Shown here one piece after another: positions 53,334-63,395 of a stretch of 64,000 bases of DNA. The stretch comes from a virus, in IMG/VR virus record IMGVR_UViG_3300028400_000005, positions 1 to 64,000 of that record; one strand, written 5' to 3'. Position 1 is the stretch's first letter. Each line of letters begins with the position of its first letter. The notes under the pieces are model-generated. The model had not been told where the DNA came from. It worked only from the letters and a program-made list of their open reading frames with translations, and did no database searches. A program made the position numbers and the translations under genes.

Positions 53334-53825
53334 TTAGAGCATGCCGATGACGCCGTAGTTGCCGCCGCCGGCAACGATCGGACCGGGCATTTCGCTCGGA
53401 TCGGCGGGCTCGAGCTGCAGGGTGAAGGCGATGTCGCCGATGGACGTGTCGGCCGTCGCGGGGGCGGTGATGACGAGGGTGTCGCCGGGGGCGAGGTACA
53501 CGTCCCCCATGGGGAAGTCGAACGCGCCGTCCGACTGCCCGGCGAGGAGGGCCGCCGCGATCGAGCCGCTGCCGCCCGAGATGTCGGCTACCCAGTCGGC
53601 CGCCGGGGGCAGGTCGGCGTAGAGCCGGTGGTTGCCGTTCGCGGGGATCTTGACGTGCTCGGCCGCCACGTAGATGAACAGGACGGCGTCGGCGGCGGGG
53701 GTGCCGGGTACGAAGACGCGAAGCTCGCTGGGGCCGCTGCCTAGGTCGGCGAGCTCCGACGCCTGCTCGAGCTGCTTGAGAAAGCGGGTGTTGGTACCGG
53801 GTAGGTGTCTGCGCTCCTTTGCCAT
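53334..53825 (-). CDS. Virion structural / tail-associated hypothetical protein
   Basis: Beta-rich sequence and a late-promoter motif (cttACCG-N10-TACGGT, 53832-53854). Confidence 0.6.
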   Translation of the reverse strand: MAKERRHLPGTNTRFLKQLEQASELADLGSGPSELRVFVPGTPAADAVLFIYVAAEHVKIPANGNHRLYADLPPAADWVADISGGSGSIAAALLAGQSDGAFDFPMGDVYLAPGDTLVITAPATADTSIGDIAFTLQLEPADPSEMPGPIVAGGGNYGVIGML

Positions 53826-53855
53826 GCCGCCACCGTAGAAACGGTGGCGGTAAGG

Positions 53856-54305
53856 CTACACGTCGGACCTGGGCGCGCGCTCGCGCAATAGGGACTCGAG
53901 CCGTTGCAGGATGGGGAGGTCGGGGTAGATGCGCTGCAGGTTCTCCAGGATGGACAGCGCCTCGGTGACGATCAGCATGCCCAGGCCCACGCCGGTGAAG
54001 AGGGCCCCCATGCCGATGCCGCGCTCGGCGAGGTTGATGGCGGCGAGCGCCGTCCCGTAGACCACGAGCTTGGCCCCCGTCTTGGTGGCCATGATGGCGC
54101 TGGTGATGTGGTGCCCGCGGTAGCGGGCGGCGATCACCCCCGTCAGAAAGTCGAGGGCCACGAGCGCCCCCAGGATGCCGTACGCCTCACGCCACGGCGA
54201 GTAGATCCAGATCACCAACCCCACGAGCAGCTTGACGATGAGGAGGTCGGTGAGGCGGCTCAGGATGTCGGCGATCGAGAGAAAGAAGGTCGTGAGGCGT
54301 TCCAT
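53856..54305 (-). CDS. Holin (phage holin family 4-like)
   Basis: LDFLTGVIAA, K and E.LSILENL, TM helices, and a late-promoter variant at 54312-54334. Confidence 0.85.
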   Translation of the reverse strand: MERLTTFFLSIADILSRLTDLLIVKLLVGLVIWIYSPWREAYGILGALVALDFLTGVIAARYRGHHITSAIMATKTGAKLVVYGTALAAINLAERGIGMGALFTGVGLGMLIVTEALSILENLQRIYPDLPILQRLESLLRERAPRSDV

Positions 54306-54338
54306 GCCCGCACCCTCGAACCCGTAGCCGTCAGACGG

Positions 54339-55208
54339 CTAGAGCGGGACCACCGTGGCGTTGGGGGCGGTGGTGGCGTAGGTGATGCGCAGACGGTCCC
54401 CGGGGGCGAGGTAGACCATGCCGGCCGTGACTCCGAGGTCGTAGTACGTCGCGCCGTCGCGGCTGAACTCGAGCAGGCTCGGGTCGCCGCCCTGCACGAT
54501 CACGGCCACGGGGTTGGTCCCGGGGTTCTGGTACTCGAAGGGGCTGGCGCCCACCGTGAGCGCAGAGGGGGCGGTGGCCGTGTCCGTGAGGGCGTAGCGG
54601 GCGTCGCCTTCGGCCTGGGTCAGGTACTGGGGGTGCGGGTCGGCGTCGGCGACGTGGGCGTCCAGCGCCGCCTGGTCGGCCTTGCCGTCGAGCTGGGTCT
54701 GGATGGGGCCGGTGACGCCGTCGAGGTAGCCGAGCTCGGTCGCGTCCACGCCCGCGGGCCAGTCGCTGATCTCGGCGAGGGGGTGGGTGTGGGCCTCCGG
54801 GGCGAAGGTGGTGGGCTTGTTCTGCACGTCGTCCCAGCCGATGCCGTCGCCGGCGGGGTCGGCCGTCGCCGCCCAGGACTCGAGCGTGTCCATGCGGTCC
54901 GAGAGCGACCCCACGGCGGCGTTCAGGGCGTCCAGGTCCACGGCCTCGAGGGCGCTCAGGCGCGCGTCCGCGTTGACGGCCTCGAGGGCGTCCAGGCGGG
55001 CTCCGATGTTCAGGGCCTCGAGGGCGGCCACCCGCGGGGCCAGGCCCCCGGTGCCGCCCAGCTCCTGCACCATGCGGTAGAGGATCGCGTCGTTGGTGAT
55101 CAGGTCCTGGAACTGCGGGTTCCAGGTGTCCGGGTGCGCGGGGTCGGTGGTCTCGAGCGCGCGTACGCGGTCGGTAAAGGTGCCGTTTTCGTTGCCGATC
55201 AGGTCCAT
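54339..55208 (-). CDS. Tail fibre / spike protein with 11-residue coiled-coil repeats
   Basis: RLDALEAVNAD repeats, WDDVQNKP.TF.P.AHTH and DPHPQY fibre motifs. Confidence 0.75.
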   Translation of the reverse strand: MDLIGNENGTFTDRVRALETTDPAHPDTWNPQFQDLITNDAILYRMVQELGGTGGLAPRVAALEALNIGARLDALEAVNADARLSALEAVDLDALNAAVGSLSDRMDTLESWAATADPAGDGIGWDDVQNKPTTFAPEAHTHPLAEISDWPAGVDATELGYLDGVTGPIQTQLDGKADQAALDAHVADADPHPQYLTQAEGDARYALTDTATAPSALTVGASPFEYQNPGTNPVAVIVQGGDPSLLEFSRDGATYYDLGVTAGMVYLAPGDRLRITYATTAPNATVVPL

Positions 55209-55216
55209 GGGTTCTC

Positions 55217-56236
55217 CTACTGCTGCTCAAGGGTGATGAGGAGGGTCGCGTCGAGGAAGATTTCCACGTGCCCCGAGGGGTGGTTGTCGCCGGGCCACTT
55301 GGTGTCACGGAAGGCGCGGACCCAGATCATGCGGCTGGGAAGAAGCGGGCTCACGGTGGTCGGGTCAATCTCAGCCTGGACGTGGTGGTCGGTCTTCGCG
55401 CCCTCGCCGGTGGAGCGGTTGACGATGGTCTGGGCCCCCGAGGTGGTGCTGGGTGCGCCTTCGTCCCCGGGGTCGTTCCAGCGGCTGACGACGCCCTTCG
55501 GGCTCGCGTTGCCGTCCACGTTCCACCAGGCCTGCGCCTTGTAGCGGAAGTCGCCCTGGTTGGACTGCGCGATGTACTTGTACCGCAGCATGAGCGGCAC
55601 GGCGTGCACCACCTTGAGGCCGTACATCATGGTCTGCAGTTGCCAGCGGTCGCTGACGCCGCTGTCGAACATGATGGCCGCCGCGCGCAGCTGCACGCTC
55701 AGGGGCTCCATGCGCCAGAGGTTCTTCCCGTTGCTGGTGCCGATCTTGGTCAGGATGATGTGGGTGCCGTTCCAGGACTTGAGCCAGCGCGAGCCCACGG
55801 CCGCGTCGGCGGGGGGATCGCTGGTGTAGACCGTGATCGCCAGGGTGGCCTGCTCGAGGGCGTCCAGCCTGGCGTCGGCGTTGACGGCCTCGAGGGTGGA
55901 CACGCGGGAACCCAGGGTGATGATGGACTGCTCCACGGTCCCCAGGCGGGCGTCGGCGTTGACGGCCTCGAGCGCGTCCAGGCGCGGCCCGGCGCCGATG
56001 CTTTCGAGGGCGTCGAGGCGAGAGCCGGCGTTCACCGCCTCGAGCGCGCTCACGCGGCCGGGCAGGGCCAGCACCCCCGCCGCCTCGATGATGTCCAGGC
56101 GCTTCTTGAGCACCGCGTCGTTCGTCACCAGCTGCAGCAGCTGGGGGTTGATCGTCGAGGGGTGCACGGGGTCGGTCGTCTGGATCTCGTAGAGGTCCAG
56201 CGCGATGGTCCCGTTGGGGTCGCCGGTGAGTGCCAT
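55217..56236 (-). CDS. Tail fibre protein, N-terminal paralogue of 54339-55208
   Basis: Shared TTDP.HP...NPQ...L.TNDA.L and coiled repeats, with a late-promoter motif at 56243-56265. Confidence 0.75.
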   Translation of the reverse strand: MALTGDPNGTIALDLYEIQTTDPVHPSTINPQLLQLVTNDAVLKKRLDIIEAAGVLALPGRVSALEAVNAGSRLDALESIGAGPRLDALEAVNADARLGTVEQSIITLGSRVSTLEAVNADARLDALEQATLAITVYTSDPPADAAVGSRWLKSWNGTHIILTKIGTSNGKNLWRMEPLSVQLRAAAIMFDSGVSDRWQLQTMMYGLKVVHAVPLMLRYKYIAQSNQGDFRYKAQAWWNVDGNASPKGVVSRWNDPGDEGAPSTTSGAQTIVNRSTGEGAKTDHHVQAEIDPTTVSPLLPSRMIWVRAFRDTKWPGDNHPSGHVEIFLDATLLITLEQQ

Positions 56237-56261
56237 GACTGCACCCTAGGCGTGGGCGCGG

Positions 56262-56987
56262 TCAGGCGGAGTTGAGCACCCAGTTGCCGTTGAGGATGCG
56301 CGTACCGTCGAGCGGGATGGTGCTCGAGCCCATGACCTCGTAGTGGGGGAGGGTGCCGGCGGGGCGGAAGCGGTCCACGATGGAACGCACCACGGCGAGG
56401 TCGTAGGGGCCGCCCTCGAGCCGCACGATCAGCACCCCGAGGTAATACTTCAGGTTCTCGTACGGCCCGCCGGGGTTGAAGCGCACGCTCCCGTCCCAGG
56501 TCTGCACGCCGTCCCAGCGGCGGATGGTGTACCCGCCCTTGGTCTCCACCGTGGTCCAGTCGAAGACGGTGGCCGTGGTGCCCGGGAAGGCGCGCTCGAT
56601 GGCCTGTTCGATGGCCTCCGGGGTGGTGCGCGGCAGGCGCAGCTCGCCCAGGATGCGCTCGCGCAGGGTCTCGTCGGTCTCCCCGGGGAAGCGGGGCTCG
56701 AGCCCGTAGAGGCGCGCGTGGAAGTCCAGCCACTCCCACGTCGCCAGCTGCACGTCGAGCTGGCCGAGGGCGCTCAGGTCCACCCGCTGCAGGCCGGCGT
56801 CGAGCGCGTCCATGAGGTCCGCGGTGACGCCGCGCAGCGGCAGCCAGGGGGGCAGGCGCCAGACCCTCCCCGAGCTCGCGCCGCCGTCCGCCGCCCCCGT
56901 GGGGGGCTGCAGGGGCAGGGTGACGACCACATGGTCCTGTCCGGGACCCGTGAGGGGGTTGGGGTCGGGGTTGAAGGTCTGCGCCAT
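56262..56987 (-). CDS. Baseplate wedge protein (P2 gpI-like)
   Basis: WLDFHARLYGL..FPGETDE.LRERI and RFRPAGT, with a late-promoter motif at 56994-57016. Confidence 0.8.
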   Translation of the reverse strand: MAQTFNPDPNPLTGPGQDHVVVTLPLQPPTGAADGGASSGRVWRLPPWLPLRGVTADLMDALDAGLQRVDLSALGQLDVQLATWEWLDFHARLYGLEPRFPGETDETLRERILGELRLPRTTPEAIEQAIERAFPGTTATVFDWTTVETKGGYTIRRWDGVQTWDGSVRFNPGGPYENLKYYLGVLIVRLEGGPYDLAVVRSIVDRFRPAGTLPHYEVMGSSTIPLDGTRILNGNWVLNSA

Positions 56988-57013
56988 GTCCGTACCCTAG
57001 CGTCCGTGACCGG

Positions 57014-59254
57014 CTACATGTACTGGTAGCCGTCGGCCGGAGCGTCGCCCGAGGGTCCGTCCTCGAGGTTGCTCAGCTCCACGTGCAGGTACACCTCGTC
57101 CACGTTGGGCACCAGCGGGAACGAGAACTCGTGGATGGTCTGCGGGTTCAGGGACTCGAGCACGCTCCCGATCTGGTTCCCGTCCTTGTCGGTGACGAAG
57201 AGCAGCACCCCCTCCGGGCGGCTGAGCTCCACCTCGACGTGGGCCGTGAACGTCTGCGGGTCGTAGTTGCGGGTCACGCGGACGATGTGCCCGCCGGCGT
57301 ACCCTTCCTGCAGGGCGGCGATGAAGTCGGGCTCGAGGTCGGCGTAGTAGCTCGCCTGCTTCTGGGCGCGGTCGAAGGTGAACCCGAACGGCTCGGCCAG
57401 CGGGTAGATGCGGTCGCGGTAGACGTAGATCACCCCGGACTCGTAGACGCGGGTGAAGAAGTCGCCCTCGAGCGCGCGCAGCTGCTGGGCCAGCGCGTCG
57501 AGGTACTGGGTGCGGGTGACGTAGCTGGGGTCGCGGATGGCCGGGTAGCTGGTGAGGTCGTTGAAGTAGGTGCTGTCCCCCAGGTCGTAGGTCTCCTGCA
57601 GGGCCGAGGTCACGGCGTAGGAGTAGACCGCGGTGAGGAAGCTGTCCTTGAGCGAGCTCAGGGCGGCGGCGTCGAGCTGGGGGTCGTAGCTGAACTTGAA
57701 GAGGCTCACGCCCACGTCGTAGAGCTCGCGGTAGCCGTCGGCGCGGCCGGTGTCGTAGACCGTGGTCACGGCGCCGTTGCGCTCGCCCTCGAGGTAGGTG
57801 GTGTAAGCGGCGTCGTCGAGGCCGGCCGTGTTGTCCGCGTCGTAGCTGTACGCGGGGTACTGGGCGGCGATGTAGTCGAGGAAGAAGCGCAGACCGGCGA
57901 TCTTGCCCGTGGCTTGCATCTTGTCCTTGTACGGCGCGGCCTGGTCGCGGTACTGGGTCTGGTACCCGGCGTCCCCGGGCTCGAGCGCGGGGTCCACGCT
58001 CACGCGCCAGTCATAGCCGTCCGCGAGGCCCTGGTCGTAGATCTCCTGCGCGGCTCGAGCGAAGCCGGCCTCGTAGACGTGCTTGGCGACGGCGTCCGCC
58101 TGGCCGGAGGTGGTGCTGGTCGGCCAGGCCGTCGCCCCCTCGGGGAGGCCGCCGGTGATCTCCGCGTCGTGGGCGGCCTGGTAGACCTCGCCGTAGGCGC
58201 GGTCGTACCCCGCGGCGTCGCCGTCCCCCTGGATCTGGGCGATGAAGCTCGACTTGAGCCCCGAGAGGTAGGTCCCGTCCTGGCTGGTGGTGTCGTAGGT
58301 GAACGCGGGGTAGGCGCCGTACACGTCGTGGTAAGCCCCGACGCCGCCCGCCTGGTACACCTCGTCGGCCGCCGGCACCGCAAGGTTCTTGTAGTAGTTG
58401 GGGTCGGTGTTGGCGCCGTCGTAGGGCGACGCGCCCTTGGCGACCATGGCGTCGAGGAAGCGCTTGGACGTGTCAATGCTCGAGCGGTCGGCGATGGCCT
58501 GCACCATGGCCTGACGGGTGGCGTCGGTGTCCCAGTCGGGGCCCGCCAGCACCGCGGCCGAGTCGAAGCCGTAGGGGTCGGCGAGCGGGTAGATGGCCTG
58601 CGCGAAGGCGAGACGGCCGTCCGCGACCCCGGTCTGGTAGCTGCCGCCCATCACATCGTCGGTGGGGGAGGCGTACGTGGAGAGCGCTGTGGTGGCCACG
58701 TCGCCGTCGTAGTCGCGGGCGTACTTGGTCATGCCGGCCCGCACCACGATCCGGTAGAGGCCGTCCTGCCGGGGGAAGTCCATGGTCAGGGTCTTGGAGC
58801 CGGTGCCGTCCGCCCCGTCGCCGGCGGTGATGAGCCCGGTCTCGTTGCCGTTGGCGTCGAGGCCCTTGAGGAACATGCTGATGGACCCCGGCTTGTCCAG
58901 GACCACGGTCAGCCGGGACGTGTCGGCGTCGAGCGGGGTGACCTCGAGGCTGAGCACCGCGGGCTCGAGCGCCGCCACCAGGCCCGCCCGCAGCGAGAGG
59001 GCCTTGCGCAGCGCCACGGCGGGGTAGAGGGTGGGCTGCGTCGGCGGCGATGCGTAGAGCCACGCCAGCTTCGCCACCCCGTCGCCGGTGAGGTGGCGAA
59101 AGGCCAGGTGGAAGGTGGTGCCCGTCCCGTCGTCCATGAGGCCGGGCGTGCTGGCGTTGCGCCAGTAGCGCGCCTGCGTCCGCACGCGCGGGCTGGCGAA
59201 CGGGCGCTGCGCGAGCAGGTCGGCGTCGGTCAGGTTCTGGCTCCAGAGAGGCAT
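57014..59254 (-). CDS. Large virion (baseplate/tail) protein with a Tyr/Asp/Ala-rich helical repeat core
   Basis: Position in the tail module, AAGGAG RBS and recurring Y..G..DGY-type units. Confidence 0.65.
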   Translation of the reverse strand: MPLWSQNLTDADLLAQRPFASPRVRTQARYWRNASTPGLMDDGTGTTFHLAFRHLTGDGVAKLAWLYASPPTQPTLYPAVALRKALSLRAGLVAALEPAVLSLEVTPLDADTSRLTVVLDKPGSISMFLKGLDANGNETGLITAGDGADGTGSKTLTMDFPRQDGLYRIVVRAGMTKYARDYDGDVATTALSTYASPTDDVMGGSYQTGVADGRLAFAQAIYPLADPYGFDSAAVLAGPDWDTDATRQAMVQAIADRSSIDTSKRFLDAMVAKGASPYDGANTDPNYYKNLAVPAADEVYQAGGVGAYHDVYGAYPAFTYDTTSQDGTYLSGLKSSFIAQIQGDGDAAGYDRAYGEVYQAAHDAEITGGLPEGATAWPTSTTSGQADAVAKHVYEAGFARAAQEIYDQGLADGYDWRVSVDPALEPGDAGYQTQYRDQAAPYKDKMQATGKIAGLRFFLDYIAAQYPAYSYDADNTAGLDDAAYTTYLEGERNGAVTTVYDTGRADGYRELYDVGVSLFKFSYDPQLDAAALSSLKDSFLTAVYSYAVTSALQETYDLGDSTYFNDLTSYPAIRDPSYVTRTQYLDALAQQLRALEGDFFTRVYESGVIYVYRDRIYPLAEPFGFTFDRAQKQASYYADLEPDFIAALQEGYAGGHIVRVTRNYDPQTFTAHVEVELSRPEGVLLFVTDKDGNQIGSVLESLNPQTIHEFSFPLVPNVDEVYLHVELSNLEDGPSGDAPADGYQYM

Positions 59255-59264
59255 GCGCTACTCC

Positions 59265-61406
59265 TTACGGCTCCGTGTGGAAGCAGACGCTCCAGGGGCT
59301 GTTCCCGTCGGCTCGGCTGATGAAGGTCACCAGGTCCTCCGAGCCGTCGCTGTTGGCGTAGCTGTTGCCGGCCGCCACGTCCTTCGTCGGCCGCATGACG
59401 GTCCGCTCGAGGGGCAGGCTGAAGCGGTAGGGCCGGTCCATCCAGGCCGGGAAGCGCCCCTGCACGTCGGGCTCGAACTCGAGCGTGGGGGCGGACTTGG
59501 CGGTGGTGTACCGCTTCCGGGTGCCGCTGAACCAGCCGGGGAGCGGCGAGAGCTGCCATACCTGCCCCGCCTCCACGCTGGCGAGCGCCACGTCCACCCC
59601 GAGGGGGAGGCAGGCGCCGTAGGCCCACTTACCGTTGCTGCTGTTCTCGGTGGACTCCGTAGGCGCGACCTCGTAGAGCTGGGGGTTGGGGCTGCTGTCG
59701 CCCGGGGAGCGGGTGACCATCATCAGCCCTTCCCCGAAGGCGCTCGTGCCGCTCGTGGGGGTGTCGCCCACCTCGAACTCGAGCCACAGGCTGAGGCTCA
59801 TGTGCACCGCGGCGTTGTTGGGGGCGATGGTGAAGTCGGCGCCGGTCACGTTGAGCACGGTCGAGCCCTGGACCCAGGCGGTGTCGTCGCTCAGGTCGCG
59901 GCAGACCACCGGCCCGAGCATGCGCGCGCCGGTGCCGATGGGGCTGCGCACCGTCGGCACGCCGCGGTAGCTTTGGGTCTTCACGTTGGTGGGAGGCACG
60001 AGCAGGTAGTAGCCGGGGGCAAGGTCCAGGTTCAGGTCCTCGGCGAGCAGCGACCCCGAGCTGCTGCTGCCGTCGCCGACCATGGGAACGTCGGCCACCT
60101 TCTGCTCGTAGACCAGGTCGCCGTTCGTGAGGCTGACCTTGTAGAGGCGGAAGGTGTAGGTGTTCGAGTAGCTGCCGTACACCAGGTCGAGCCGCGCCTG
60201 CGTGAGCTTGCGGTTCTGCCCCTCGACCTTGAAGAGCAGCCCGACGTGCTGGGGGGCGCGGGTGAGGCTCGTGACGTTGCTCGCGTCGGCCTCGAGCCAG
60301 CGCGCGCGCTCGCGGCGCTCGGGGATCGTGGTGGGCGCGGCGGGGAAGACGCTTTTGTCCACCCGGTCGGCGTGGATGTGGATGGTGCTCGAGCCCGCCT
60401 GCGCGCTGCGCAGGAAGAAACCGCGGTGGTCGCCGTTGGAGGCGAGCAGCACGCTGAGGTCGGCACCGTAGGAGTAGTGCTTGACCACCGCGTAGGTGGG
60501 CAGGTGCTCGTTGACCACGCCGATCTGCTGGAGGCCGTCGTCGCGGAAGGCGTTGAAGAGGTGGCCGAAGAGCTGGGTGGGCCGCCAGTAGCTCGTCGAG
60601 GAGGGGACGCTCGATTCGTAGTTGAGGTAGGGCGGCAGGAGCAGCACCCGCGGCCGGTAGGCGTCCTGGATGGGCAGCGGGCGCATGTAGCCGTGGGCGT
60701 AGCCCGCCCCGTCGAGGAAGCGGAACTCGAACAGCGGGCCGTCGAGGTTGGGCCCCTGCACGCCGAAGGCGTCGGGGGTCACGATGTACTCGATCTGGTC
60801 AATGCGCAGAATGACGTTCTTGGCGTAGATGAGGGCGTGCGTCGCCACTTCGGCGACACCGCTCAGGGCGTCGGGGTGGCTCCAGAGGGTGGTGTAGGAC
60901 TGGCCCACGGTGTAGCTCGAGCCCCAGGCCGGATCTTTGAGGCTGGCGGCGCGGGTGGAGCTGGTGATCTGGGAGGGATTGGTGCTGACGGCCCCCTCGA
61001 CCACGTGCATCTCGATGTCCGTGAAGGCGCCGGTGGTGGCCCCGTCGGCGCGGTAGACCGGGGTGAAGGTGATGCGGAACGCCTTGAGGCCGGGCAGGTA
61101 GAAGAGCAGCGGCCAGCGGTGCCGGCCGTCCTGCGTGGGGTAGACGTAGGCCTTGCCGGCGAGGTTGTCCACCCAGTCCACCGCGGTCACGTTGGTCACC
61201 GAGGACGGCGCCGTCACGCTGCCGTCGGGGCGGACCGCGATGGGGCTCGCCTCGGTGTCGGTGGCCTGCTGGGCGGTGAAGCGGTAGCCGCCCTGGATGC
61301 TGACTTTACCGGTCCCCCACCCGAGGGTGTCGAAGGCGGTCTTGTACTGGTCGGCCAGCTGACCGATCGTGAAGGGGGATGCGAGGTTGGCGGAATACTT
61401 GGGCAT
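59265..61406 (-). CDS. Tail/baseplate beta-rich protein, candidate receptor-binding protein
   Basis: Position and composition. Confidence 0.6.
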   Translation of the reverse strand: MPKYSANLASPFTIGQLADQYKTAFDTLGWGTGKVSIQGGYRFTAQQATDTEASPIAVRPDGSVTAPSSVTNVTAVDWVDNLAGKAYVYPTQDGRHRWPLLFYLPGLKAFRITFTPVYRADGATTGAFTDIEMHVVEGAVSTNPSQITSSTRAASLKDPAWGSSYTVGQSYTTLWSHPDALSGVAEVATHALIYAKNVILRIDQIEYIVTPDAFGVQGPNLDGPLFEFRFLDGAGYAHGYMRPLPIQDAYRPRVLLLPPYLNYESSVPSSTSYWRPTQLFGHLFNAFRDDGLQQIGVVNEHLPTYAVVKHYSYGADLSVLLASNGDHRGFFLRSAQAGSSTIHIHADRVDKSVFPAAPTTIPERRERARWLEADASNVTSLTRAPQHVGLLFKVEGQNRKLTQARLDLVYGSYSNTYTFRLYKVSLTNGDLVYEQKVADVPMVGDGSSSSGSLLAEDLNLDLAPGYYLLVPPTNVKTQSYRGVPTVRSPIGTGARMLGPVVCRDLSDDTAWVQGSTVLNVTGADFTIAPNNAAVHMSLSLWLEFEVGDTPTSGTSAFGEGLMMVTRSPGDSSPNPQLYEVAPTESTENSSNGKWAYGACLPLGVDVALASVEAGQVWQLSPLPGWFSGTRKRYTTAKSAPTLEFEPDVQGRFPAWMDRPYRFSLPLERTVMRPTKDVAAGNSYANSDGSEDLVTFISRADGNSPWSVCFHTEP

Positions 61407-61415
61407 GGGTCTCTC

Positions 61416-63386
61416 CTAGGGCTTGACGAGGAGCAGGTGCGCCTCGGCCTGGTTCGAGTAGATCGTCTGCCGCCAGACGAAGACGTAACGGTTGCCGTCC
61501 TCGGCGAGCCAGCTGTCGCCCAGGTTGGCCGAGAAGGCCGCGTCGCGCGCGAGGTAGACGTTGGCGAGGCGGCCGCGGTTGGAGGCTACGCTGTCCGAAC
61601 GGGCGACGTGGGTCTCGGTGAGGGCCATTCGGTCGAGCAGCCGCGTGCCCAGCGCGACCTCGTAGTAGGGCACCGCAGGCTGGCCGGCGTCGTAGGCGTT
61701 GTTCCACCCGGGCGGGGTGTGGAAGTTGGGACCCCAGGCCAGCTGGTAGGACTTCGCCAGCGGCCCGGTGGCGGCCACGACGTAGCCCACGCGGTCGTCG
61801 GGGACGAGCAGCCCCCAGCGCGCCCAGGCGCTACCGTCGTCGGCCGACGAGGGGGGGTCCAGGAAGTCCGCGATGACGACGGGGGCTTTGTACGCGCCGG
61901 CCTGGTAGAAGGCCAGCGCCAGCCCCTGCGCGTTGCCGATGGCGTCAATGAAGAGGTCCTCGTCCTGGGTCATGGCCAGCGTGATCGCGCCCAGGCTTGC
62001 ATGCGGCCGCACGTACGAGGTCGAGGCGGTCGAGCTTTGGCTGTTGTCGAAGATGTCGCCGTTGGCCCCGCCGTACCACTTCAGCGCCACGGCGTCGCCG
62101 TGCTCGAAGCCGGAAGCGGCCACCGTGGTGGCGACCTTGAGCTTGAAGGAGGGGGCGCCGGCGTCCACGACGCGCCACGCCAGCGCCTTGTTGTGGCCGG
62201 CCCCGGAAGTGGCGTTGGTGTCCGCGCGAAGCAGCCCCCCGATGGGCTTGTGCCGCACCCACACTCCGTGCACCTCGAACTTGAGGTGCGACGTGTAGTT
62301 GGAGTAGCGCACCACCGAGAAATACTGCACGCCCAGCCCCGGCTCGCGCGGCTCGAGGAGGAGGAGCAGGGGGTGCTGCGCGTTCCCTGCGTACCACTCG
62401 GGAACGATGACCGCGGTTTGGTCGGAGCTGGTCGAGACGGGAGAGCTCCAGTTCCGGCGCGTGTGGTCGTAGAGGGAGACCCCCGTCCAGTCGGGGCGGG
62501 CGTCCAGCTTGAACGCCACCGCGCTTCCCGGGAGCGCCAGCGCGAGCATGGAGGCGTAGTTGTTGGTGCTGTCGATCGTCTCGTCCACAGCCACCGGGGT
62601 CGGCAGGGGGTGGTAGACCCAGAAGCGCGGGGGCTGCCAGGCGGTCGCGGTCGCGCCCTTCTCCAGCTGCGGGAAGGCGAGGCGCAGGCCCCGCTCACGC
62701 TGGGTCCCGTCCCACGATCCGCGGCCGCCCAGGTGGATGTACACGACGCCGCTCGAGCCCGTGGTGAAGGTGATGACCTTGCGCGCCCACACCCCGAGGC
62801 CCGCGGTCAGCCCGTCGGCGTCCTGGAAGAGGTCGTAGGCGGCCGTGCCGCTGCTCCCGGTGCCCGCGTCCACGTACAGGCTCCAGTCGGCGCTGCCCAG
62901 CTTCTTGTAGTAGAAGCTGAACGTGTAGGTGGTGTTGGGCTCGAGGCCAAACTCCCACCAGAGCACGTTGTCGTTGTTGTAGTTCCACAGGTCGGCCGAG
63001 CCGCCCTTGTACCAGGCGGGCGGCGCCGGCTCGCTGGGCAGGTCGGCGGTCGCCCCGTAGTTTTCTCCGATCAGGCGCACGCTGTAGGCCTTGCGCGGCG
63101 TCCAGTTCTTCGCCGCGCCCGGGGTGGGGTCGAACCCGCTGGTGCGGTCGAAGACGGTCAGGGAGAAGTTGGCGGGCCCGACCGCGAAGAAGGTGTGGTC
63201 GGGGTGGTCGAGCAGGTTGGGGCTGCCGTTGTCCAGGTCGGTGTCGCTGGGGAAGTAGGCGCTTTGCAGACCCACGCCGGCCGCGACCTCGAGCAGGCGG
63301 CTGGTGAACACCTCGGCGGGGTCGCCGTAGGTGTCGTCCGGCGACTTCTTGAAGGGAGCGGGTACGTACTTCGACGACTGGGGCAT
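61416..63386 (-). CDS. Tail protein with a carbohydrate-binding-module-like domain
   Basis: NLL..., LEPNTTYTFSFY, W.RKVITFTT and PQLEKGATATAWQP. Confidence 0.7.
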   Translation of the reverse strand: MPQSSKYVPAPFKKSPDDTYGDPAEVFTSRLLEVAAGVGLQSAYFPSDTDLDNGSPNLLDHPDHTFFAVGPANFSLTVFDRTSGFDPTPGAAKNWTPRKAYSVRLIGENYGATADLPSEPAPPAWYKGGSADLWNYNNDNVLWWEFGLEPNTTYTFSFYYKKLGSADWSLYVDAGTGSSGTAAYDLFQDADGLTAGLGVWARKVITFTTGSSGVVYIHLGGRGSWDGTQRERGLRLAFPQLEKGATATAWQPPRFWVYHPLPTPVAVDETIDSTNNYASMLALALPGSAVAFKLDARPDWTGVSLYDHTRRNWSSPVSTSSDQTAVIVPEWYAGNAQHPLLLLLEPREPGLGVQYFSVVRYSNYTSHLKFEVHGVWVRHKPIGGLLRADTNATSGAGHNKALAWRVVDAGAPSFKLKVATTVAASGFEHGDAVALKWYGGANGDIFDNSQSSTASTSYVRPHASLGAITLAMTQDEDLFIDAIGNAQGLALAFYQAGAYKAPVVIADFLDPPSSADDGSAWARWGLLVPDDRVGYVVAATGPLAKSYQLAWGPNFHTPPGWNNAYDAGQPAVPYYEVALGTRLLDRMALTETHVARSDSVASNRGRLANVYLARDAAFSANLGDSWLAEDGNRYVFVWRQTIYSNQAEAHLLLVKP

Positions 63387-63395
63387 GGCGTCTCC

